A stretch of 63,802 nucleotides of DNA, the filler included, from Octopus bimaculoides (taxonomy: Eukaryota), in NCBI RefSeq assembly GCF_001194135.2. It is 8 parts of 8 records of this genome, joined end to end, with 100 filler letters (N's around TTAATTAATTAA, not from the genome) between each part and the next. Parts side by side here need not be neighbours in the genome. Positions count along the whole stretch, not along the records: positions 47,034 to 54,723 come from NC_068981.1; positions 54,824 to 58,347 come from NC_068990.1; positions 58,448 to 61,365 come from NC_068983.1; positions 61,466 to 63,802 come from NC_068988.1; 4 more parts are not named here. The stretch is one strand, 5' to 3'. Within the stretch, counting starts at the first letter, position 1; each line of letters begins with the position of its first letter. Below, in pieces: positions 52,543 through 63,802 of the stretch. Under the pieces are notes generated by a model. That model was not told the DNA's origin. It searched no databases and was given only the letters and a program-made list of their open reading frames with translations. A program made the position numbers and the translations under genes.

Positions 52543-54378
52543 CTGTTCATGCACGCATATAATCACAGACACACATGCATACGCATACAAAAATGAATAT
52601 ATTTAGAATTGTGTGTTGATATTTAAAAACATAAGAGAATGGTAATTTAAAGCAAAACAATACGTAAAGTAGAATGGATAGATTTATTATAAGGAAGATG
52701 ACTAAAACTTGAATATACTCACTTTACTAGAAAACATCTTGCACAAAAGGAAAGAAACCCCTTTATGCCATCCCCACAACGTTCTAACTGAAAAACTTCA
52801 AGAGCTTTACTATTTGGCCTAACATCAAACTGAAACACGTTTAATAATCTACTTGTCTGATATCCTTTTTTGTTTTCTTCTCCCAATTTCCCATCATCAT
52901 ATCGTACTTTGCAACCCACATGACATCATCCTTTATATGGATCAATCTTATGTAATATAAAGGAAGCGTGCATTTGTATGACACCAAATATATTGCATGA
53001 GAAACATTAATACAATTGTTTCATGAATTCAGCATTCCTCACAGTTAAGATAAAAGAAAACGGCTACATGTCAGACTTTTAGTGAACAAATGTTGATCTA
53101 ATCTACTGTAAAGCTTCAAAGAATGAAACTGTGTAACTCTGTAGTAAGTAGAATATGTTATCCCTGTCAGAGCGACCAAAGTGTGCGGATATTAAGTTAA
53201 ACCTTCAGTCAAAACCCCGGAAGCTAATAGACAAATAACAGAAAGTATTTGGGTTAATAATACTATAAATATATTATAAATGACGAGAGAGAGAGGTCTT
53301 GTTTCCGAGCCGGATGTCATGAAAATGCTCCGTGAATTGATCAGCTAAACGGCAACCGTTTTGGCTCTTGTGCAAGACCTCACAGAATGAACGTTTTAAT
53401 TATAAGATGACTCGCTACACGTGCAGGTGAAAGAATAAAATTTATGGAAGGTACATTGATATGCCTCTCTGAGACAGAACGTGTTAGTATAATGGACAGG
53501 TGTGATAACGGGGCCGGGGCAAAGTGATGGCTTCAGGAGAGGCAGGAGGGAAGAAGGCGTGAGAACGATACCCATTAAATCGCGTGTTACGGACACAGCT
53601 GAATTAAAAGAAGATTTGATAAAAAAAAAAAAAAATGTAGGTGGTTGCGGGCAGATCATTGTAGTGATTGGAACGGGACAGCTGCGGATAGCGTAAATAC
53701 TAATTCAGTGACTTACATATGAGTACAAAAATATATAAGTTAGATAACAAGAAATATGTAAGACCATGAAACCCCAGATAAAATGTCTTATTGAGACAGA
53801 TTCACTAAACACATAGCTAAAACTATTTTATTCTCAAGAAATTATTTTGTACATTTAATGTGATTGCTATATGTTGATATGGAGATAATATAGCTTCTAT
53901 TTAAGAAAAGAGAAGGGAGCCTATGCTAAGAGGAAGATTATTGAGATATGGTACAGTAATAAAATCTATGATACTACTCGCCCCGAATAAACGTATATTT
54001 GTATATATATTCCTGTATGCGTATTAATAATTACGTGTATTTTTATATGTGCATGTCAATATATACACTTACCTACATTTGCATATTTCTGGGAGGGACT
54101 TCTGACTCTCAAACCATATTACATTATTTATATATACCATTCTCAATTTAATCAATTTATGTACTTAATGCTTTCCGAAATTGACTTGCATTTCATTTAC
54201 ATGGTTCCGAAGAAGCTATCAGCTGTTACACAAGCACTGAGTTGTGAGTGTTTTACTTCTTATAGCAAAACAGCTCTAAGCTGTTGAAGTTAGTTACGTC
54301 ATTCCTATTTCTTTGCCCTTCCTTAATACATACATTTACACACACACACGCACGCGTGCACGCACGCATATGTACTTC

Positions 54379-54413
<35 letters not shown>

Positions 54414-54505
54414 CTATTGCATATTTCGTAGTATAGTATATATTTATATGTTTAATGCATACACAGATAGATAAATACACATACACACTTGCATGCATAT
54501 GAGTG

Positions 54506-54543
<38 letters not shown>

Positions 54544-54941
54544 TGTCAATGTAAGTATATATATATATATTATTATTTTATATTTTACTTGTTTCAGTCA
54601 TTATACTGCAGATATGCTGGGGAACCACTACCAAGGGTTTAGTCGATAAACTCGACGTCAATAATTATTTTAAAGTCTGGCACATACGGTAGCAGTCTTC
54701 CTTCTGCTGAATAACAGGGACGTNNNNNNNNNNNNNNNNNNNNNNNNNNNNNNNNNNNNNNNNNNNNTTAATTAATTAANNNNNNNNNNNNNNNNNNNNN
54801 NNNNNNNNNNNNNNNNNNNNNNNTAAGTTACAGGGACATAAACACACCAACTCCAGATATTATATATATATATATAATAGCCATGTATGTGTATACAAAT
54901 ATGCTTGCACAGATATATGCATACATTTATGCATCTCTGTA

Positions 54942-54988
<47 letters not shown>

Positions 54989-55146
54989 ATGTGTGTGCAT
55001 GTGCATACATCTACTCTGCATCATTCTCATTGATAAAATCTTTTAAACACTCATACAGAAGGAACTGATACTTCATCTATGTACTCACGAATCAATAAAT
55101 GCAAAAATATGACAGAACACAGTAACATTTTGATAATGGTCTAGAC

Positions 55147-55674
55147 CAGGGGTTCACCAAACTATGGCATGTGAGGTCAGTTCATCCGGCCCTCCTCTGC
55201 ACTGTACCTTTTGTGTAATTACCTGCAATGAGTGTTCATTTGTTTCTGGTATGGTATCTGTGTTTGGAACGATTTATGTCTGTGAGCAAACGTTTTCAAA
55301 ACTGAAGTATGTGAAGTCAGCACATCGAATGAGGGTTGACCTATGAATATTGGAAAGCAATTCTCTTGGTTGGATGTAGCAATTTCAAAACAAATATTGA
55401 TGATAACTTAAAAGCTAAACACCAGTTTCACAAATCTCACTAACCTCTTCTGCTGCCTGGTTCGTGAGATCAGATATGTGTTCACTGGATGTGGTATAAC
55501 TATCTTATTGCTAATGTCGCCATCTTTGATAACTTTTTGGTAAATAAATATGTTGGTTGCTTTTATTTTTTATGTATTCACTGTATTGTATTGAACAAAA
55601 TGGTTATACAGCTGGCGCTTATCATTCTTTCAGTTACCTGGCCTGCCGTGAAAACTGTTTGGTGACCCCCCCTG
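55147..55674 (+). mobile_element. hAT (Charlie/SPIN-like) deletion derivative
   Basis: TIRs caggggttcaccaaac / gtttggtgaccccccctg; 8-bp TSD GTCTAGAC/GTCTACAC; dimerisation-domain remnant SVFGTIYVCEQTFSKLKYVKSAHR. Confidence 0.92.
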
Positions 55675-55868
55675 GTCTACACAGATTCTTGACTAGTGCA
55701 AGGTTTCTTTCTCTGGTGAGGATGATCTGTGTTCTCATCAGACTCATACTCTTTGTCTTACATAAAATGCTCAGTTGCATGATAAAGTCAAAACAAATAA
55801 GCTTGTATGAGAATGCAAGTGATTATCAAAATAGCTGAGATCCCCAGCATCGGTAGTATCATCTAACT

Positions 55869-56134
55869 CAGTGGCCTTCAAACTGTGGTCCGCGGACCAC
55901 AGGGTGTCTGTGAACAGCAAATACTTTTTATGGGCAATTTCATTTTATATATGGTTTTTAACCGAAATCTTTTAATTGGCAATAAACCTATTTGTAAAAT
56001 ACTGTTAAATAAACAAATGTAAAAATATATGTTATTTTAAGCAAATATTTATGTATAAATTTCATAAGCATTTATAAGGGGGTAAAGCCTGAAATATAAA
56101 GGGGTCCGCAAGTCAAAAAGTTTGAAAACCCCTG
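55869..56134. mobile_element. hAT MITE
   Basis: TIRs cagtggccttcaaact / agtttgaaaacccctg; 8-bp TSD ATCTAACT/ATTTAACT. Confidence 0.85.
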
Positions 56135-56763
56135 ATTTAACTTGGTATGTAGTATAGGCAATAAAATATTATTTCAAGTATTTACCCTGTATCATAGTTG
56201 CCAAGTCTGCACAATGGGATTTTATTATCTGTACCAGTTGCCCCAACCCGGCCCCATTCAATCACCACTGCTAACCTTCAAACTGTGAAAATGAATGCTA
56301 CTTGTTTCTTCTCTGCCTCATTTGAATAGAATATAAACCTGCTACTAATTACACAAGCACACCTAAAAGGCTTATGTACACATTATTGGATTGGTTACCG
56401 ACTCGTCTAAGTTTATTCCCCATTTGACAGGTCTTGCATTTTATGCTTCAAGGTACCTCAAATCACTCCCCACATCAAGCAAGCACGATGGTGGGTGGGG
56501 GTTGCCTTTTTAACCATTGACACTCTGAACGTACAACACATTGTATGGAGTTACATGTTATTAGTAGCACTTGCAAACAATCTGATATAATATACAAATA
56601 TACATAGGTGCGCAAGCTAAAGTATGTATATATGTAGGTAGGTATGTTCTTTTTCTCATTTTAATTTAGAGTAAATTTTGACTGGCCACTGACAAGGGAG
56701 CAAGGTTGTGAAAGAAATTGTCTTGTTTTGTTCATCAGCCTTTAAATCTGTAAAATAGAGGAT

Positions 56764-57286
<523 letters not shown>

Positions 57287-57290
<4 letters not shown>

Positions 57291-57480
57291 TCATTTAACG
57301 CCAGTTTTCCAAGCTGAGATGGGTCAGATGGTTTAGCAGGAGCTGGTAAGCCACAGAGCTGCAACAGGTTCCAATAATTATTTGGGCATCATTTCTACAG
57401 CTGGTTTCCTTTCCTAACGCCAGTCACTTTGCAAAGTGTACTCTTGGATCCTTTCACATGGTGCCAGTACAGAGGCTTTT
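57287..57480 (-). mobile_element. RTE-related SINE/LINE 3' tail ending in (GAT)n
   Basis: Minus strand ctggcgttaggaaaggaaaccagctgtagaaa resembles the ggcgttaggaagggcatccagc tail motif (from recall); abuts the microsatellite. Confidence 0.5.
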
Positions 57481-58612
57481 ACATAGCAGTAATACACACA
57501 CACACACACACACACACATGCCCCCCACCACATGTTATATATATGAATGTGGTTGCTTAACAAGCCTCGAATCCCACTCCATCATTTTGAAATAAAAGAA
57601 GACACGTTTTGAATACACTAAGTCAAGATGGTCGTAGTAGTAACACCTTTCCATCACATGTGCACTGTATCAAGACTGACCAGGGGCTAAACAACAACAA
57701 CTACAACAACCACGACAGCAACAACAATGACAACAACAACAACGACAGACACAAAACATCAAAAAGAAGCACAGACTGAAAATATGTTGCATCACATTTC
57801 TTGTATGTGTTATCTTACATACTTATCTAAATTAAATGATTTTGCTGCCAAATGATATATGATTATATTTTGAAAAATGTTTTTAAGTACTAATTTACTT
57901 ACGGATTTATAAACATTTATATTTTAAAGTAAGCAGAGTAATAGGTACCACCCTGATGATTCAGGCATCAGAGATTTTAAAAAATATGTGAAAATCCTTC
58001 ACATTAGTCTGTTGCTTATATCATACACACATGTACATACACATATATGCAATGGGTTTCTTTCAGTTTCTATCTACAAAATCTACTCACAAATCTTTGG
58101 ACAGTCAGGGGTTAACATAGATGACATTTGAGAAAAGGTGTTGCAAATATGGTCTTAACCCAAACTCACATGGCTGGGAAGAAACCTGCCTGTTCCTAAA
58201 TAAATATATATATATATATGTATTGATAGAAAGGACAACAAAAGAACGAGACCTCGATATTATGTAAATAGAGGAATTTATCTAAAGAGATGTTGGCATG
58301 GGTTCCCACCCCGGCATCCGAAACTCAGAGTTTTATCATGGCTACCGNNNNNNNNNNNNNNNNNNNNNNNNNNNNNNNNNNNNNNNNNNNNTTAATTAAT
58401 TAANNNNNNNNNNNNNNNNNNNNNNNNNNNNNNNNNNNNNNNNNNNNAAAGCCTTGTGAGCAGATTTAGTATGTATTTATCTGTATGTTTGTATGTATGT
58501 ATGTATGTATTGCAGAGATGGAATAAGGAGGATCAGAAATATATACTTACAAGCCTAAAAAATAAAGTCTCGCAGGAAACTGTCTATAAGGCATCGGACT
58601 GTGCATACTAAA

Positions 58613-58656
<44 letters not shown>

Positions 58657-58739
58657 TCTTTCATTTGAAGCGACAATTTCTAAATATAAACAAATGACCG
58701 GAAAAATGATGAGCCAACCTCGGACTAAATCGAACTCAA

Positions 58740-58990
58740 AAATCGACGCTTTCATGGCTCATTGCGAATCTGATTGGCCAACGCTCACATCTATTTTCGT
58801 TCCTCGAATTCACTCTCTATTTCCTATCTTATCTAAATTTACTATTGCTTAACAACCCTCTCACACCGTCTCCGATGAAGGGATATCATAAATATCCTGG
58901 AAACAGTTGTAAGACATTCTATTTATAAATGTTCTAAAATATACACATGCTTGGTTTTGTAATCTCATTACGAAAACTAAATCCTTATAT
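58740..58990 (+). mobile_element. Penelope-like terminal repeat fragment (third family)
   Basis: Carries the hammerhead motif below; no ORF. Confidence 0.5.
58868..58915 (+). ncRNA. Minimal hammerhead motif, CCGAUGA variant
   Basis: GTCT CCGATGA A GGGATAT cataa ATATCCT G GAAA CAGTTG TA AGAC. Confidence 0.6.
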
Positions 58991-59304
58991 ACACACGCTG
59001 ATATAACCTACGTTGGACCCCTTATTCGCGTAATCACCGAACTGGAGCTTAACTATGGTCTATTGATGGTCTATCCGCTATGGTCTATCCGCTCATAACC
59101 TATGTATATATATATATATANNNNNNNNNNNNNNNNNNNNNNNNNNNNNNNNNNNNNNNNNNNNNNNNNNNNNNNNNNNNNNNNNNNNNNNNNNNNNNNN
59201 NNNNNNNNNNNNNNNNNNNNNNNNNNNNNNNNNNNNNNNNNNNNNNNNNNNNNNNNNNNNNNNNNNNNNNNNNATATATAAAATATATATATATATGTAC
59301 ATAC

Positions 59305-59336
<32 letters not shown>

Positions 59337-61131
59337 AATTTCTTTCAGCCATTAACCTACAATACCGGGAACTCGCCTTGTAAAAACATTGAGCCTCGTT
59401 CTTATCCACTCCGTCTTGCTGCCAAAACGAAAATTTAAGTGAAATTTAAGGTGCTCAGTGACCGATAAACAAATATACATATGCGACGGGCATCTTTTAG
59501 TTTCTCACCTTCATGTCTGATCACAACTCTTTGGTCTAATGTTATTTAAGAGAACATCTACCGTCCCTGCAACACAGTGTAACTGAACCAGGAACCATGT
59601 AGTTAAGGCTGAAGTTTCTTACTACATAGCCGTGCGTGAATATATGTGAATAGATTTCAGTTAAATCATCAAGAAATAATAAATCAGGGTACTGAATACA
59701 TAACTGCATGCTTTCTAATATACAACTGAACCGGTTAATTTTCAGTTAACTAGGACCTACATTTCTATACTTTCATCTCAAATTCTACCCTATTATTATT
59801 TGACTTTGTTTCGTATTTTAAATGTATTTTAAATATTATACAATGCCAAATTCATCTATTTCAATGTTCACAGAGTACATGACAACATCCCCTTAATTGA
59901 AACTATGTGTAGCAACGGCTTCAGTTTGTGAACTAATTCATAATGTGTAGTAACTTTACATTACGTGTTGAGAATAGTTAATCTATTATTGAAATATAAA
60001 CATGTGCGTATATATGTTATATGAACACAAAACTTATGACACAGAAATATTTGAAATAGCAGTATATGGCACAAATACAAAGTACCCACAAACCAACCAT
60101 CGAAATTACGATTGATTTAGTCACTGATTTGCATACACACAGAGACTCTCACGCAAACATACACACATTCATAAATGTACTTACATTAATAGGGACTGGG
60201 GTTAGAGTGGCATCTAGAACGTTGGGCGAGATGGGCAAATCATAATAACCACAAAGATGGATCACAAGACGAGTCACATACCAGGAGAGAAGCCAATTTT
60301 GCAACGGTAGAGTTCATGACTGGACTGATTGTGTTGGCGAATTCATGTTTCAGCCGGTTGTACATTTTTTACAGTCACACACATGCACCCTTCCCCCCAC
60401 ACACAACATCCACACAAACATACACGCACAACACATACTGGCAATCATGTAAAAGTACAGAGACACATATATGCATATCAACATGTTTAGACACGTACAC
60501 CTACAAACAGAGGCACACATGCATATTTATGAATAAATGAAGCGTGCTTCATGGTATATGTAATTAACCTGAAAGTAATATATTAAAGAATCTATAATTC
60601 TCAATTTAGACATTCAATATCACAAAGATATGGATTTATTTAATCAGATATCTTGAGCGTAATGAAATATTTCTAAAGAATCTTTATTTCTCAACTTAAA
60701 GACGAAATTTTAAGTAATTTAAATAGTCTATGCAAATTTCTGTACAAAATATGCACACTTCCATCTGTGTTTTCAGACAGTCATTGAAGAAAACATTTTG
60801 AAGTTAAGTGAAATATGCTAATATCATGAACCCCACAATTTCTTTGACCAGCAGACTATATTTTTATATTCAAAATGGAATTGGAAAAGTAGTCACAAAA
60901 CTTATATTGAACGATCGATGAGGAATTTAATGTAGATGCCAATCAAACTGTCTCCATTATTAATAAAACATTAAGGAGAAATCGACCATAAAAATCTATA
61001 TACAAAACAATTTGATCCCACAAATATATTTTTATGGATTTTATGGATTCTTATAGAAAGCTATGTTATGTATCTGCGTAAATCATTTTCTTCTAAACAG
61101 ATACTCATTGTGGAATAATAACAGTAAAATT

Positions 61132-61199
<68 letters not shown>

Positions 61200-61260
61200 T
61201 AATAATAATGATAATAATAATAATGATAATAATAATGATGATAATAATAATAATAATAAC

Positions 61261-61345
61261 TAGAGAAATTCTGGAAACAAATATGGTCGGTGAAGCAACA
61301 ACCCCAGAAAAGGACCATTAAAACAACGAACTTAGCACCTGAGCA
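61261..61345 (+). mobile_element. Short probable R4/Dong fragment after (TAA)n at 61115-61260
   Basis: EKFWKQIW resembles the pre-RT E.FW..IW motif; cut by a gap. Confidence 0.45.
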
Positions 61346-61679
61346 ACTCTGGGCCCCTATAACAANNNNNNNNNNNNNNNNNNNNNNNNNNNNNNNNNNN
61401 NNNNNNNNNTTAATTAATTAANNNNNNNNNNNNNNNNNNNNNNNNNNNNNNNNNNNNNNNNNNNNACACACACACACACACACACAGAGAGCTTATAGAA
61501 AACGGGTAGAGAGTGTACACAAAGAGAGAAAGGAAAAGAAAGAGAAGAAAAAAACAGAGAGAACCATCGAAAGAATGATGGGTGCGAAGAAGACGTCGAT
61601 CGAGTTGTAATAATTGTGAGTGCAATTGTATTGTGGTAAAGATTCATTTGTGCAGATGTTGAACGAAAGTCAAATACTT

Positions 61680-61913
61680 TGCAAGTCACGTAATGAACTA
61701 CACTTAACGACAAGTGAATACTCCGGAAATAACTGGAACACCGGAAGTTAAGATACAACGTGCGAATTACTCGAAACGAGATTTGGCGTCGTAGTTTACA
61801 AGTTTGTTTTGTAATAGGTGACCAGTGTTCGTGTTGAAGCTATACTGCTTTGCTTCCAGCCCACAACTTGGTCACTTGACCAACTACAAACTAATGGCTT
61901 GATAATGGTAAGT
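61680..61913 (+). promoter_or_regulatory. Candidate promoter/first exon
   Basis: Two ETS-type sites (CCGGAAAT 61723, CCGGAAGT 61741), CpG-rich unique sequence, and ataATG|GTAAGT at 61905-61913. Confidence 0.35.
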
Positions 61914-63711
61914 TGACTTTTTATTTTGAAGTCATGTATACACTATCAGAAAGAATACAATAAAACTATCAGACGTAATGGTCATGGTCATAGTGTATTT
62001 GATCATGTATCATCTCAGTCTGTGTTGACACTGGGTTAAACAGCTAATCCTTCGCGAAAAAACAACATGATAATCCTTACATGATTAGAAAAAAAAATAT
62101 TCGAATATTTCCGAATTAAACTCTATTTGAGGAAAATACTGGATTTCTTTAGAACGACCCTTGGGACTTGTAAGGCTAACCACCAGGTTTCCATGGCGCA
62201 TATATGACTGATATTACAACACTACCACTGAATGGAACGCCGGTCCTTTGCACAGGTCAAACCAGAAATCTTTCATGACAGGAAACAAGTCGATTACATC
62301 AACCCCAGTAATTAACTGGTAGTTTATCGATCTCGGGGAGATGAAAGCCAAAAGTGATCTTGTTGAAATTTGAACTTACAACATAAAAAGTTGGCAGAAA
62401 TTCCGTTAAGTATTTTGTCCGGAGTGCTAACGACAGCGGCAGCCTACCACGTGATATTGCATAATGTAGTTTGATGTCTGAAACAACAGATGGAAACGTC
62501 ACGGATGGAAAAGCCTGGCTCATAATTCTGTTTCATCAGAGATGATCTTAGACCAAAGAAATAAAATATGTAAAGAAAAATTCCCTTTTGCTGTTGTTGT
62601 TGTTGTTGTTGTTGAGGTCTGCTCCCTTCGTGTAAGACTATGACAAAAAGCATTTGAACCCTGTTCACTCTGTGGTGGGATCACGACACATATCTCTAGA
62701 AAGGTGCCTTCCACTTTCTAAGATGGTATGTTTGGCTTGAGGGAAGTGTGATTCTTTTTTTCTAGCAGATCAACTGGCCATAGAAGTTTGCTCATTACTG
62801 TGTAGAGTCTAGCGAAAGCGGATACAATGTCTACACTCGCGGCGTTCTGTGAATGCCGTAAATAGGAAGGGAGGCGACTGTCTCCTCACAGCATAAAGTA
62901 ACTGGAATAAACACCAAATTAAATGAAGAAAAACGAGAGCACGAGTATATATAGATTCCGACAACACTCCAAAAGTATATGACATTCATGCAAATAAAAT
63001 GATCAACAAACAAATGGATCAATCAAGAGAAAATAATATCTCGATAATATTCAACAAAGCATTGAGCATTTTCTAAATCGTTAGCAGTGTGTTTTGCCGA
63101 ATCAGTGTTATGATACCGGTTGTCAAGTGGGGGTAAACACAAATACACAGATACGCGTGCAAGTTTCTTTTAGCAAATTGGAGAACACCACCCTGTCCGG
63201 ATTGAGCAGATGTGTCGCAGACTTTAGACCCCTTCCGTTGATTCTATACCATTTAGCCTTATGACTCTAACGTCAATGAAAACTGAATCTTATTTTTGCC
63301 TTTCTTTCCTCGTTTGTTTTCACCCTTGCCTTTTTGAACATAGCTTCATCTCGGATTTTCTCATGATTTCGCCTGTTCTATTATCCCGATTTGTAACTTA
63401 TATTGGCTACGTTTGCAAAGCCTGAAGATAAACTGGAGACACTAGGCGTGTTTTAAAACCTGCCTAGATGTATGAAACTATTATTCGCACATAACTGTAT
63501 ACTATGTACATTAAACAATATATATATATATATACATATTTGTTTTGCAAGATTTTTTATGTGAAATCGTGTGTTGAAACAGATGTTGTTGTACTTGGGG
63601 ATGGTCATATTGCCAGTTTAGCCAATAAAAACACACGCACTGTATATTTGGTGTTAATTTTTTTTTTTTTTCAGCTTTATATTACGTTAATCTTAATCTT
63701 AATCTTATTTC

Positions 63712-63756
63712 GGCCAGAGTTCTTTCGTCACACTTCTGTGACCTCATCAGTGGTCC
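63712..63756 (-). ncRNA. Minimal type-I hammerhead ribozyme motif with intact core
   Basis: GGACCA CTGATGA G GTCAC agaagt GTGAC GAAA GAAC TC TGGCC. Confidence 0.75.
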
Positions 63757-63802
63757 TTTGTTTCCTTCTTTCTTATGTGTGTCTCACCTTGCTAACTATC
63801 AG

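Noticed and set aside
63415-63490. Sixth hammerhead (CTGAAGA...CTAGGC/GCCTAG...GAAA)
   Set aside because: Core words are present, but the base of stem II and stems I and III pair poorly; at best a decayed relic.

Overview
Repeat-dominated, gap-rich eukaryotic scaffold. The repeat landscape (dense CA/TA/TAA microsatellites, several tRNA-derived SINE families) suggests a cephalopod/octopus genome; this is inference. One host gene can be modelled with phase-consistent splice sites: a minus-strand coiled-coil + MIEAP-domain (SPATA18/Mieap-like) gene, exons 3148-3742, 2308-2518 and 64-363, about 360 aa. Weaker host signals are a plus-strand signal-peptide exon at 23742-23921 and a possible promoter/first exon near 61.7-61.9 kb. 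The rest is mobile DNA: Penelope-like elements (one with a GIY-YIG ORF), R4/Dong, CR1/L2 and RTE LINE fragments, mariner and hAT deletion derivatives, and at least four SINE families. The most interesting signals are invisible to the ORF track. They are five minimal type-I hammerhead-ribozyme motifs from four unrelated repeat families, a nested GC-rich RNA-like fold at about 30.0-30.4 kb, a 555-bp degenerate (TTAGGG)n array next to the signal-peptide exon, a head-to-tail chain of SINE 5' modules, and consistent adjacency of R4/Dong fragments to (TAA)n. Most long ORFs in the supplied track are microsatellite or N-gap artefacts. TE family names come from motif recall, not database searches, and TE boundaries without TSDs are approximate.
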